Virus record (IMG/VR): IMGVR_UViG_3300046492_000366
Span: 2,843-66,842 of that record
DNA length: 64,000 bases
DNA from: a virus
Reading direction: 5' to 3' (one strand)
Below the pieces are notes generated by a model, which made no database searches, was not told the origin of the DNA, and was given only the letters and a program-made list of their open reading frames with translations. The position numbers were made by a program, and so were the translations under genes. This document shows, one piece after another, positions 10,041 through 19,542 of the stretch (the first letter of the stretch is position 1; each line of letters opens with the position of its first letter).

Positions 10041-10463
10041 TCAGAGAGTCGTGGGCAGTATATCGATCTGCCCATCGCCCCCGGTGAAAACTCGGTATTT
10101 CTTGATCGCGCCGTCTTTCACGATCGCTTCCCGCTCCACTCGGGCTGCACCCATGGAGCAGATGCCAGAGCCGGTGTAAGCGGCGCCAACTGAAACCGAA
10201 TCAGGCCGCAGATAGAAAGATGCCTTCTGACCTGGGTCGAGCTTGGCGGCTTGTTTCCCATCGATGAAAACCGCCATTGAGCAAAGGCTTCCGGTCTGCC
10301 CAGAGTCGCGGATCACTTGCAGTGTCCCATATGCTCCTGATGGCTTAGCCTGGTACGCCGACAGCTGACTGGCCGGCGCCTGTTTGGCTTGATTGGAAGG
10401 CGTCGGTGAAGTCGCACACCCAGCCAACAGCGCTACCGCCAGCGCTCCTACGATCAATTTCAT
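10041..10463 (-). CDS. Lipoprotein moron
   Basis: Lipobox LLAGC; SD AGGAG upstream of ATG 10463. Confidence 0.85.
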   Translation of the reverse strand: MKLIVGALAVALLAGCATSPTPSNQAKQAPASQLSAYQAKPSGAYGTLQVIRDSGQTGSLCSMAVFIDGKQAAKLDPGQKASFYLRPDSVSVGAAYTGSGICSMGAARVEREAIVKDGAIKKYRVFTGGDGQIDILPTTL

Positions 10464-10567
10464 GCAGGTCACTCCTGTGGGAAAGGGACGTACTGTAACA
10501 TTGGCCATGCGGGCGCTTTGAGCCGCCTTTACATTAATTGGAAAGCTTGAGAAAAGTGGAAGCCGTC

Positions 10568-11029
10568 ATGGAAGAATGGATGAACAATCCGCAACCCTGG
10601 ATTAACAGCGTCATTTCAGCAACTATCGCGCTCGCCCTAGCAAAACTTTATCGACTAGCACGCGGTAAAATTCAGCCATTGCTAGTTGGAGCAAAGGGTA
10701 GTATCCGTTCATTTTTCCGCGGTAGAAAATTGAAGGATTTAAAACGCATCAAAGCCGCTCGATTTGACAGCGTCAGGATCAATAGAGAGATTGTTCTTAG
10801 CTACACCATGCTTGCATTCTTTATTTTGGCAGCAGTACTTTGCGTGGGTAGTTTTGGGTTCGCGCCCGCGGAAGCATATAAAAACCATATCGCTGCCATG
10901 ATATACGGATCGATAACCGGCATCCCACTGTTGATATTTGAATTCGCTTGGCTGATCACATCTACGCGAGTCGACGAAATGCTGAAATACCGGAGCCGTA
11001 TCAAGCGACGCGGACGCACTCTTTTCTAA
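10568..11029 (+). CDS. Small membrane protein (about 3 TM), moron
   Basis: Hydrophobic segments; antisense to the tail operon; start uncertain. Confidence 0.7.
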   Translation: MEEWMNNPQPWINSVISATIALALAKLYRLARGKIQPLLVGAKGSIRSFFRGRKLKDLKRIKAARFDSVRINREIVLSYTMLAFFILAAVLCVGSFGFAPAEAYKNHIAAMIYGSITGIPLLIFEFAWLITSTRVDEMLKYRSRIKRRGRTLF

Positions 11030-11043
11030 AGGGAAGATGCGAT

Positions 11044-11325
11044 ATGCGAGCGAACGACTTTATCTTCAAACACATTGGACACAAAAAAAGTGAAACCGGC
11101 TTAATTGGCTGTTATCACTTGGAGGTGACCGATACCCGCAGCGGCAAGATCGCCACGATCTCTGTGGAGCCCAAGCACCTTGCCTCAGCCCGAAGCATGA
11201 AGAGAATCCTGCTAGATAGATGCATTCTCTACAGCGCAACGCGCGCGGAGCATAACCAGATGCTTCTAAAAATGTTCGACTACGCGCACGGCCAGGCTGA
11301 GAACGAAGATTTCGCGCTGAGCTGA
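11044..11325 (+). CDS. Hypothetical protein, moron
   Basis: 93-aa ORF with a purine-rich SD, following the previous gene. Confidence 0.65.
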   Translation: MRANDFIFKHIGHKKSETGLIGCYHLEVTDTRSGKIATISVEPKHLASARSMKRILLDRCILYSATRAEHNQMLLKMFDYAHGQAENEDFALS

Positions 11326-11392
11326 AGGGGCGAGTGTCACAGGTCACTCCTGTGGGAAAGTTTGCACGATATCACTGGGGCGAAAGGAAATG

Positions 11393-11417
11393 AAAAAGCC
11401 CAGCGCGAGGCTGGGCT
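11393..11417 (-). terminator. Intrinsic terminator
   Basis: AGCCCAGC-N4-GCTGGGCT plus T-run on the minus strand. Confidence 0.7.
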
Positions 11418-11432
11418 GGGCTGGCTTATAAA

Positions 11433-11615
11433 TCAGGATCGTCTACGCCGTTCTTCCAGCAACTCATCGGCAATCTCCGCAGCTCTTTTTGTAGCTTTCA
11501 GAACAAAGTCTCGAGGGTCGCGCCCATCGACTGAGCTGTATGCAATATGAATAGCTGCGGCAGCGTACTGGTCCCAAGCTTGCAGCTCAGTTTCTGTTTT
11601 AGCTTTAGTCGACAT
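11433..11615 (-). CDS. Small hypothetical protein, moron
   Basis: 60 aa, SD AAGGGA, followed by a terminator. Confidence 0.65.
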   Translation of the reverse strand: MSTKAKTETELQAWDQYAAAAIHIAYSSVDGRDPRDFVLKATKRAAEIADELLEERRRRS

Positions 11616-11861
11616 ATATTCCCTTGTCTTGGTGGTCGGGCACATTGCCCGTGGCAGACTTTATAAGACTTGAGAGAGGCGGCAACTACGACCAAAGTCT
11701 ACGCTGCTCACCCCATCCACCCTGTACGAATCCTCAGTAACACTCCGCCATGCGCCGATAGTAGCCTCTCGCCTCTACGCAACGGATTCCCCATTCCTTT
11801 GCCTGCAAGCCTAAGGACTGGGATTGCGCCAATTTCGGCGCGTTTATGACCTGGAGGTCAA

Positions 11862-12092
11862 ATGCAAAACGTAGAACATCGGTTGGCTCAACTTGAGCAA
11901 GCAGCAAACACAGTTTCAGCAGCGACACTGAATGCATTGGCGGCAATCATCAGCGCAGTAACGAAGCTTGAGTCCGTAGACCGGCAATCCTTGCGAGAGG
12001 AGCTTGAGACATTCAAGGCGATTCAGCTTCAGAATGGCAATCAAGCGGAATATGTGAGAATGCTCTCCCATCTGCAATCGCGCATTTACTGA
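11862..12092 (+). CDS. Small helical hypothetical protein, moron
   Basis: SD GGAGG; 76-aa ORF. Confidence 0.7.
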   Translation: MQNVEHRLAQLEQAANTVSAATLNALAAIISAVTKLESVDRQSLREELETFKAIQLQNGNQAEYVRMLSHLQSRIY

Positions 12093-12224
12093 TTCACTTT
12101 GGGCGCCTGCTCCGCTGAGCTAGGCGCCTGAACCTGACCCAAGCCAAGCCCGGCGACGGCCAGGCCGCCTGATTTCATACCTACAAATATAACTTTCATA
12201 TTGCTTTCCTTGGATAGAGCCATT

Positions 12225-12989
12225 TCACGCTGGTGATTTTTTGTCTTTGTGCCGAAGAATCAGCCGTGTCCTATCGAGCCATGGGCCGCCAAAAACTATT
12301 ACTTCCGACGGCCTGCCGTACAGGTGGTGCAACAGGAATGGGCCGGGGCCGAATGTGGCAGCATCCTCACCAGGCAACGCCGGATCGGCGCCGAGGAAGA
12401 TTCCTGCATGATTTGGGAAAACCGTCCGCCCCACGTCCATGACGATCATGTCGCCGCGCTGCGGCTGGTCGACGCGGTAGAATCCGGCGGCCTCGTAGTT
12501 CGCTTCGTACAGGCTGGTGTTGTCTTTGCTCTCCCACCAGCCATCGGCGCGCTTGAAAGCTTCGAACTCTAGCCCCCACTCGCGCTTGTACCAGTCGGCA
12601 CAAACCTGCCAGCAATCCCACGCGCCGTGCACGAATGACCGTTTCAGCAGCGGTACTTCACCAGTCGGTACGATGGTGCGCAGATCGCCCTCGGGCCAGC
12701 TCAGGATGTGCCAAGGCATGGACGTCGCTTCGCACATGGCGAGGTCGCGCGGCGAAGGCCGGCTGGTGGCGTCCGGGTGCGAGTGCACGACGCCGATCAC
12801 CTCGCCGACGTCTTCGGCCGCTGCGTACTCCTCCGGATCAATTCGGAATTCCTCACTCGGCTCCGAGGAGACATTGCTACACGGGTAGTACTGCTGTTTT
12901 CGGCCCACGGCCAGCAGCAGCCCGCAGCACTCTTTCGGGTACTCGGCAGCCGCGTGCGCCTGGATCGCGTTCAAGATGTGCTTTCGCAT
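12225..12989 (-). CDS. K: Tail assembly protein K (JAB + NlpC/P60)
   Basis: YPKECCG, HSHPD, WDCW and NHAGIFLG motifs. Confidence 0.95.
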   Translation of the reverse strand: MRKHILNAIQAHAAAEYPKECCGLLLAVGRKQQYYPCSNVSSEPSEEFRIDPEEYAAAEDVGEVIGVVHSHPDATSRPSPRDLAMCEATSMPWHILSWPEGDLRTIVPTGEVPLLKRSFVHGAWDCWQVCADWYKREWGLEFEAFKRADGWWESKDNTSLYEANYEAAGFYRVDQPQRGDMIVMDVGRTVFPNHAGIFLGADPALPGEDAATFGPGPFLLHHLYGRPSEVIVFGGPWLDRTRLILRHKDKKSPA

Positions 12990-12990
12990 G

Positions 12991-13740
12991 TCAGCTCCGT
13001 GCGATCAGGGAAACAGCCGGGAAGCCACCGAATGGCAGCGGGTTACCCTCGCCGAAGCGCGGGATGCAGCCCTTACCGAGCGTGGCATCACATTCGTCGA
13101 GCTCCGGGTTGTCGGTGACGATGCCGTCCTTGGTTACGTATGGCCCGGTGTAGCCGCAGTTGGGCCCGCGGTACCCGCCAGTGAGGCACCAATGGCAAAG
13201 GGTCGTGGCCTGCCTGCCGATTGATTCATTGCCTACGTCGCCAGGGCTGGCCAACTCCCAACTGACCGTCTCCCCGTCCTCGTTTGTCTTCTGGTCGATG
13301 TACCAGACTTCAATCGTCTCTTGGGTTGGGTCAGCAGTTGGGTTGCCGGCGGGAAAGTTCGCCGCGTCGAGGTAGGTGCCGAGCGTGTGGCGCATCGTCA
13401 GCTTGAACTCGAGCAGATCCTCGAAAGCCAGGCAGAGTGCGGTGATGCGCCCGCTGACGTTGCCGACCGATAGCGTCGGCCGAACCGCAGTGCCGTCGCC
13501 GTTCGCCTCGATGCCATCGATCTGCATTGGCCAGGCGCTGTACTCATTGCCCTGCCAGTAAATCGCTTTCGCCGGCAATTGATCGGCATTAGCACCGGCG
13601 GCGATCAACTCGGCCGCCGTGTGCGGAATGGCGTGCCCGTGGAAGCGCAGAACGTCCGCGCCGTAGTCCGTGCCGTCCAATTCAAAAAGCAGCACTTCGC
13701 TGCCAGGCTCAAGCACCTGGATGTCACTGATCAGCGGCAT
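12991..13740 (-). CDS. L: Minor tail protein L
   Basis: CHWC...YRGPNCGY...PFGGFP. Confidence 0.95.
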   Translation of the reverse strand: MPLISDIQVLEPGSEVLLFELDGTDYGADVLRFHGHAIPHTAAELIAAGANADQLPAKAIYWQGNEYSAWPMQIDGIEANGDGTAVRPTLSVGNVSGRITALCLAFEDLLEFKLTMRHTLGTYLDAANFPAGNPTADPTQETIEVWYIDQKTNEDGETVSWELASPGDVGNESIGRQATTLCHWCLTGGYRGPNCGYTGPYVTKDGIVTDNPELDECDATLGKGCIPRFGEGNPLPFGGFPAVSLIARS

Positions 13741-13749
13741 GGTTGCCCC

Positions 13750-14088
13750 TTATGGTTGGAATGCCCGCTCGAATGTGGCGGTGAGTTTGAACACGCCACC
13801 ACCCATTGGGGTTGGAGCGGGATTTTTGCAGGTGAACAGACCGAGTTGGCCGAGGGGCGTTGTCCAGAGAAACGCCTTGGCCCCGGCGTGCCGATCGAGG
13901 AAGTCCATGATCTCCAGCACCTTGGCCTTCTGACCGGTGAAGGTGATCGGATAGGAGTCCTCCTTGTTGTTTGGCCCGTCACCGACGTTCTGCGCATATC
14001 CGCCGCCGAACTGGGCGGTGCGCACCCGATAAGCAATCTCGGGTGTGCCGCCGCGCTCGGTTGGCCAAGTGAATTTTTCGATGGCCAT
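13750..14088 (-). CDS. M: Minor tail protein M
   Basis: AQFGGGYAQ, FLDRHAGAKAFLWTTP. Confidence 0.93.
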   Translation of the reverse strand: MAIEKFTWPTERGGTPEIAYRVRTAQFGGGYAQNVGDGPNNKEDSYPITFTGQKAKVLEIMDFLDRHAGAKAFLWTTPLGQLGLFTCKNPAPTPMGGGVFKLTATFERAFQP

Positions 14089-17000
14089 CAGCCTCTCCCA
14101 TTTGTCAGGCGCCAGATCGAACCGCCTGGCTGTAGAGCTCGGGCAATTGCAATTTCCGCTTCAGTTTTTGCAGCCTGCTGGATGCCTTTGCCAAGTTGGG
14201 TCGATGCCTCTTGCGAGACTCCGCCGCCCTCGCTGCCAGACGTTTGCACCGACACCGATACAGGGAAGTTGTAAATATTGCCGCCGCCGGTACCGGACAT
14301 TGCAGCAAGCGCTGGCCCGCCACCGGAAGTCAAAGGTGTGACGCTACCGCCACTCGCGCCAGTCATGAGGTAAGACCTGCCGCCCTGATTGAAAAGCTCA
14401 GGCCCCTTTTCGTTCACTTCGTAGAAAGTGTTCGGTTCGACCCCACCGCCAACAGCGCGACCACCACCGAAAGACACGGATGCAGAGCTGGCATCAAACT
14501 GACTGCCAAAACTCTGAGCCCCGGCCTCCGCCCCGCCTGCCGTTGCAGACGCCGTGGCCCCGCCGCCCGTGAAGTAACTTGTAGCGGCACCCACCAGACT
14601 GCTCAGCAATGCCGAACTGGCCTGCCGAGTGGCAATGCGCGCCATGTCCGCCAGTATCGATTTGGTGAAGTCGGCGAACGACAGTTTCCCGGTCATGGCG
14701 AAATTGACGATCGCGTCTTCCATCGAACTGAAGGCGTTGGTGAAAAGGCTTTTGGTTTGACCGGCGACATCTCGGGCCGATTCCAGATAGTTCTGCCACG
14801 CCGACGATGCGCCCGCACTCCAGTCGCCCTGGGCCGCCGTCATCTCGTCGTAATTGGCTTGAACCGTGTCGTGCAGATCCTTCTGCGTGGTTTTGAGCGC
14901 TGCCAGCTTCTGGGTGTACTCGTCGAGGCTCATGCCGCGCGAGCCATCGCCATACTGGTTGGCCAGGTCGAGCTTCTGCGAGTTGAAGCGGTCGTCTATG
15001 GCGTTCTGCTGATCCGTCAGGCCGCGCTGCCGGTCCCCCTGACCAAGTCCCGCAGCGGCCCGCTGGCCTTGTTCGCGCAAGGTATCCACTTGCTGCCGCA
15101 ATGCGTTGGTGTAGGTCTGAACCGCCTGCTCCTGCTTTCTGAGCCGGCCTTGCTCATTCTTCGCCAGCACATCCAGTTCGCTGTCCGCTGCCTTTTGTGC
15201 CCGAACCATATCCGCGCGCGCATCTTCGATTTTCTGGTCGATCTGAATACGCTGCTCGGCCGTGGTGCTGGCCTTGGCCTTCGCCGCTTCAAGCGCCGCA
15301 ATCTCAGCCTCATAAGCCGTCGTGACCTCGTCCCTCTCGTTGCCGATCAAAGCTTCGCGCTTCAGCAGATATTCCTGCTGCGAGATCAGCCCGGCCTTCT
15401 GTGCGGCATCCAGTTGTTTCTGGGTGTTCGCGGATTCGGCCTGGATCTCCTTCAGGGCATTTTGTGCGGCGTTGTAACCGGTGAGGTCAACTGCGCCGGC
15501 GGATGGAGCCTTTGGATCTTTATTGCGATCCTTGATGTTCTGAAGAGTCTTGGCGACGTAGTCGGCTTGAACCTTCGGATCGTCAGGGTTCGCCCTCTTA
15601 AGAACTTCAACGTCTCGCAGGTAGGCTTTGATCAGCTTGTTGCGCTTCTCCGCATTGCTCAGGGTTGAGTCGCTGATCTGTTTGAGACGTTGCTCTGCCT
15701 CGATCCCTTCCTTCTGGGTCCGGGCATTGTCGCTGCCGATCTGGGCCTCTTGTTTCTCGGCGGCCTGCTTATCCTGTATCAGGCTCAACTCGTCCTTGAG
15801 CGCGGTGAGGCGCTGTTTCGCGTCGCCGTCCTCGTAGCCGGTACCGATCGTTGATTGCAGGTATGCGATCTTCTGGTTGAGCTCAGTTACTCGAGCACTT
15901 TCGGCCTGATCCCTGCCGATATTCTTAATCGCGTCCAGCGACTTGCTGGCCTCATCTTTAACGCCCTTCCAGGCGCGCTCAATGAATCCGAGGTTCTCGG
16001 TGATCTCCGTCGAGCGAGTCTTCACCGTGTCAGCGTAAGTGTCGGTCAGCAGCTTGGCGGCGCCGATGGTGTCGCCCTGCTCCTTGAGCGCGACAATTTG
16101 CGAGTAAACCGAGGCAGTCAAGAAATGGTATTGATCGTTCAGCTCTTTCGCAGCAGCTACCGGATCCTTGGCGATCTTGACGAACTCGGCGATGGTTGCG
16201 TCTACCGATTTACCGGTCGCGTCCTCCATGGCTGCCGCCGCATCGGCGATGTCCTTGAAGCTGCCGCCGGCAATAACACCACTTGCTGCCAGCTTGGCCA
16301 GCGATGCCGCTGCCTCACCGGTGGTGCCGTTTGTTGCGCTCACCTGCTGCGCGAGGTTTGCCAGTTGCGCGGCCGAGGTGCCGGCGTAGTTGCCGGTCAG
16401 GATCAGCGACTTGTTGTATTCGTCCGCTTCCTTGCTGCCCTGGCTGTAGCCGTAAATCAGCGTGCCAAGTGCGGCTGCGGCAGCGAGGATGGCCAAGGCA
16501 ACGGCGCCAGCGCCAATTGTTACGCCGCTCATAGCTGGAGTGATTGCACCAACGGCTTTTTGCGCGTTTTCGGCGGCCTCGGCTGCGGTGTTCGAGCTCT
16601 CAGCCAAGTCGGATAGGCTTTCACTTGCCTCGCCTGCGTTGTCAGCCGTGTCCTTTGCGCCTGACGCGATCCCCGCCAGAGATTCGCCGAGCGCAGCAGC
16701 CCCGGCACCACCAGTGAACAATGAGCGGAATTTTTCCTTAAGCGCGTCCATCGTTGGACCGATGCCGCCGAAGGAATCCTTGATCTGGCCGCCCTGCTGG
16801 ATCAATACCATCAGCGGATTCTGACCGCCGGCCAGGCTGGTGAAAATGTCCGTGAACTGAGAAGGAAGTTGGCGAAGCGCCGCTTCGGTCTGTTTCGAGC
16901 TGGCACCGGTTTTTTTCAGACCTTCATCAAAGTCGCCCAGCTTCTGCCGGGAGGCATCGATACGGGCGGAGTACTCCCGGAACGTATCAGCATCAATCAG

Positions 17001-17681
17001 CCCTGCAGCCTTGTACTTCTGCAACTGAGCCTGCTGCTGATCCAGCTTGTCGAGCGCGGCAACGGCAGGGTTGATTTTGCCGAGCAGTGCTTGCAGACCT
17101 TCTGCTTGAACGCCGGTGGCAGCGGCCGCCTTTTTCGCCGCGTCGGCTTGCTTGTCAGTTGAACCAACCAGCGCATCTGATTCAGCCTTCAGGCGACGAG
17201 CAAGCGCCGCCAAACTGCTGGCAGAAGAACCGGAAGCATCCATTGCCGCCGTATTGGTCTCCATGCTGGTGGTCAGGCGCTGGTAGTACTCGCTCGACTC
17301 TAGCGAGGCTTTGGCCATCGCCAAAAGGCGACTTTTCGCCTCCTCTGATGACTCTCCCAACTTCACTTCAGCGGTACTGAGCTCAGTAGTCGCCGCCGTA
17401 GTGGTTTTCAGCCCCTGCGTGGCTTCCGCAAGCGAACGCCCCACAGTCGCCATCAGTTGAGCGGTGGCGTCCTGCTTGGCATTCAGAAGCTGCAGCTCTT
17501 TCACGATCTGCTTGGTGTCACCTGCCATGCTGGCAAGGGCTTGCTCCCACGCTGAACCAGTTCGCTTTGCTGCCTCCTCCGCGTCTTTGCCCGCATCGAC
17601 CAATTTATCCAGGTCGGTTGCAGCCTTGACCGCATCGCCCGAGTCAACCTCGATGCCTAACTGCGCGATAGTGCCCGACAT
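14088..17681 (-). CDS. H: Tape measure protein
   Basis: 1197-aa Ala-rich helical protein, QQGGQIKDSFGG, lambda-type C-terminus. Confidence 0.95.
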   Translation of the reverse strand: MSGTIAQLGIEVDSGDAVKAATDLDKLVDAGKDAEEAAKRTGSAWEQALASMAGDTKQIVKELQLLNAKQDATAQLMATVGRSLAEATQGLKTTTAATTELSTAEVKLGESSEEAKSRLLAMAKASLESSEYYQRLTTSMETNTAAMDASGSSASSLAALARRLKAESDALVGSTDKQADAAKKAAAATGVQAEGLQALLGKINPAVAALDKLDQQQAQLQKYKAAGLIDADTFREYSARIDASRQKLGDFDEGLKKTGASSKQTEAALRQLPSQFTDIFTSLAGGQNPLMVLIQQGGQIKDSFGGIGPTMDALKEKFRSLFTGGAGAAALGESLAGIASGAKDTADNAGEASESLSDLAESSNTAAEAAENAQKAVGAITPAMSGVTIGAGAVALAILAAAAALGTLIYGYSQGSKEADEYNKSLILTGNYAGTSAAQLANLAQQVSATNGTTGEAAASLAKLAASGVIAGGSFKDIADAAAAMEDATGKSVDATIAEFVKIAKDPVAAAKELNDQYHFLTASVYSQIVALKEQGDTIGAAKLLTDTYADTVKTRSTEITENLGFIERAWKGVKDEASKSLDAIKNIGRDQAESARVTELNQKIAYLQSTIGTGYEDGDAKQRLTALKDELSLIQDKQAAEKQEAQIGSDNARTQKEGIEAEQRLKQISDSTLSNAEKRNKLIKAYLRDVEVLKRANPDDPKVQADYVAKTLQNIKDRNKDPKAPSAGAVDLTGYNAAQNALKEIQAESANTQKQLDAAQKAGLISQQEYLLKREALIGNERDEVTTAYEAEIAALEAAKAKASTTAEQRIQIDQKIEDARADMVRAQKAADSELDVLAKNEQGRLRKQEQAVQTYTNALRQQVDTLREQGQRAAAGLGQGDRQRGLTDQQNAIDDRFNSQKLDLANQYGDGSRGMSLDEYTQKLAALKTTQKDLHDTVQANYDEMTAAQGDWSAGASSAWQNYLESARDVAGQTKSLFTNAFSSMEDAIVNFAMTGKLSFADFTKSILADMARIATRQASSALLSSLVGAATSYFTGGGATASATAGGAEAGAQSFGSQFDASSASVSFGGGRAVGGGVEPNTFYEVNEKGPELFNQGGRSYLMTGASGGSVTPLTSGGGPALAAMSGTGGGNIYNFPVSVSVQTSGSEGGGVSQEASTQLGKGIQQAAKTEAEIAIARALQPGGSIWRLTNGRG

Positions 17682-17691
17682 GAGTGCTCCA

Positions 17692-17985
17692 TTACTTTGA
17701 TTCGCTCATGACGAGCAGGGCCTCGACCTCCATAGCCTGAAGGTCTGGGAAGATCTCTCTGAGTTGTTTTCTGGATGTACCGACAAAGTCGGAGACGTCT
17801 CGAAGAGCCGTGTAATCAAGGCCGGTAGCCCCGCCCATGCCCGTGCGCCACTGAGTGGACATGGCGTTGAAGAGCACGAAGGCCGGCCAGTTTTCGGCCA
17901 ACACTTCGCACTCTTCCTCGGGGATGTCAGAGATGGATAAGCCGAACGCCGCCAGATCCGCCTCAGACGGACCAGGCTCGTACAT
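17692..17985 (-). CDS. Tail assembly chaperone T part (expressed as G-T frameshift fusion)
   Basis: TQWRTGMGGATGLDY (DUF1799-like); in the -1 frame of G. Confidence 0.85.
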   Translation of the reverse strand: MYEPGPSEADLAAFGLSISDIPEEECEVLAENWPAFVLFNAMSTQWRTGMGGATGLDYTALRDVSDFVGTSRKQLREIFPDLQAMEVEALLVMSESK

Positions 17986-18002
17986 CAGGCGGGCGACCTT
18001 CG

Positions 18003-18392
18003 TCAGTTTCCCAGTCGGGCCGCCGAGAAGGCCTTTTGGTAGGCATCGACAATCGCATCACCGGCGCCGGCCGAGGTTTCCACCAGGGCGCGAATCGATT
18101 CAGGGCTCAGCTTGTCTTCAAAGCCCCAGCCGGTGACCAGTTGAGTCACCTGCTCGACCTGCCGCTCGACGTGAGAGTCGGTGATCTCGATCAGAGTGAG
18201 GTCGTCACCCTTGGCCTTGAAACGCTCCTGGTCTTCCTTCGCGCTCTCCTGCCAGCCAGCGAAAAGCTTCGCAAGCTCCTTGCGATCGCGGTACTTGAAT
18301 TCAAACGGCACCTTGATCGTGGTGCCGCCGACGCGAGGAATATCGACGTCGGCTTTGAAGGTAGGGTTTTGAGCAATCTTGAACTTGGCCAT
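18003..18392 (-). CDS. Tail assembly chaperone G
   Basis: Between tail tube and tape measure; ends ARLGN at the slippery site. Confidence 0.88.
   Translation of the reverse strand: MAKFKIAQNPTFKADVDIPRVGGTTIKVPFEFKYRDRKELAKLFAGWQESAKEDQERFKAKGDDLTLIEITDSHVERQVEQVTQLVTGWGFEDKLSPESIRALVETSAGAGDAIVDAYQKAFSAARLGN
18006..18012 (-). other. -1 ribosomal frameshift slippery site GGGAAAC
   Basis: G GGA AAC TGA; the -1 frame reads KLTKVARL into ATG 17985. Confidence 0.85.
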
Positions 18393-18395
18393 GAG

Positions 18396-19052
18396 TTACA
18401 CCACCGCCGCATAACGGGTCGGACGGCCGGTCAACGCGACGCTGATAACCCGGGCCATCAGGTTGTTGCGCGACATGGTCGGAGTCGAAGTGATCGACAC
18501 GTAGCCGTTGTAAACGATGCTGCTGCCACCCGGTAGGTTCAGGCGCAGAACGCGCGGCTGCTTGTCATCGTCCGCGGCTTCGCAGACATCGACATAGGGC
18601 TTGGAAGGATCGTCGGCGACCGTGATGGAAAGCGTGATCGGGTTCTTGGTGGTCGGCATCTGCCGATCATCATCGTCAGCCAGGAAGCCGTAAGTGAGGA
18701 ACTGCTGATCGCCACCGGTGGAGTTCAGTTCGGTGATCTGCGAGATCTCGGTGAATGAGGTCACTTCGCGTGCAGAGCCGACGCCGGAGCCTGCCGGATA
18801 TTGCTGAACGTTAGTGGTGTTCACACCGCCCAGTGCGAAGGTGCCGCTGGCGATGTCCGCAACCCGAACGGCGCGACCGTCGAGGCGGGTCCAGCCGGAA
18901 TTAACCGCGATGATGTCGCCTTCGGCCAGGCCGTGCGCTGCGGCCGTGGCCACCGCCGGGTTGGCGTTACTCAGCGAGGTAAATGGAATTGCTGTGCCGT
19001 AGGCAGAAGCAATCTCAAAGGTTGCGCCGTTGGGCATTTGAATGCCGGCCAT
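18396..19052 (-). CDS. Major tail tube protein
   Basis: LSNANPAVAT, GGDQQF, MPTTKNP motifs; synteny. Confidence 0.9.
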   Translation of the reverse strand: MAGIQMPNGATFEIASAYGTAIPFTSLSNANPAVATAAAHGLAEGDIIAVNSGWTRLDGRAVRVADIASGTFALGGVNTTNVQQYPAGSGVGSAREVTSFTEISQITELNSTGGDQQFLTYGFLADDDDRQMPTTKNPITLSITVADDPSKPYVDVCEAADDDKQPRVLRLNLPGGSSIVYNGYVSITSTPTMSRNNLMARVISVALTGRPTRYAAVV

Positions 19053-19122
19053 GGGATATTCCTCTTTTCAGACATGAAAAAACCCGCTCAACGGCGGGTT
19101 CCGGGTTTGCCCAGTGGGCGGA

Positions 19123-19542
19123 TTAAGTTGTGGTATCAGCGCGGTACTGAAAGGACACCGGCACTATGAAATTTGTGTCGCCGGGAATGCCCGGCCCCTG
19201 ATCAATCGGAGTCAACGTCACAACGGTGATTGCCCCTTTCGTGTTCCGCTCATGCAGCGGGAAAAGCGCGGCGATCTGATCAGCCAGCGCTCCAGCTGCG
19301 CCGCGATACTTGCCCGAGGGCGTCACGATGCTGACCTGAAATACTCCGGTGAAAAGCCTGTGGTCACCGCCGAGTGTGTTGCTCGCGGTGTCGGCCGGTA
19401 GCGTGAAAGCCCTCAGGTAAGTGGCGTCGTCGCCGGGAGTAAAGGCCTCGTTCTCGACCACGACCTTCAGCGGAGTCGGCAACGCTTTTGCCCAGGCAAT
19501 CAGCTTGGCTTCGTAGATCGAAGCAATGACGTTGTGGCTCAT
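19123..19542 (-). CDS. Tail terminator protein
   Basis: YLRAFTLPA...GVFQVSIVTP; synteny. Confidence 0.85.
   Translation of the reverse strand: MSHNVIASIYEAKLIAWAKALPTPLKVVVENEAFTPGDDATYLRAFTLPADTASNTLGGDHRLFTGVFQVSIVTPSGKYRGAAGALADQIAALFPLHERNTKGAITVVTLTPIDQGPGIPGDTNFIVPVSFQYRADTTT

Larger units (their letters stand above)
10465..11360. repeat. 21-bp perfect direct repeat CAGGTCACTCCTGTGGGAAAG at 10465-10485 and 11340-11360
   Basis: Identical sequence at both positions, flanking two plus-strand genes. Confidence 0.9.

Noticed and set aside
11066-11347. Minus-strand ORF starting in the second direct repeat
   Set aside because: Start lies within the SD region, composition is implausible, and it is antisense to a better ORF
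14196-15668. Long antisense ORFs (also 21858-23060, 24675-25739, 55447-56790, 59977-61161)
   Set aside because: Shadow frames opposite well-supported GC-rich genes
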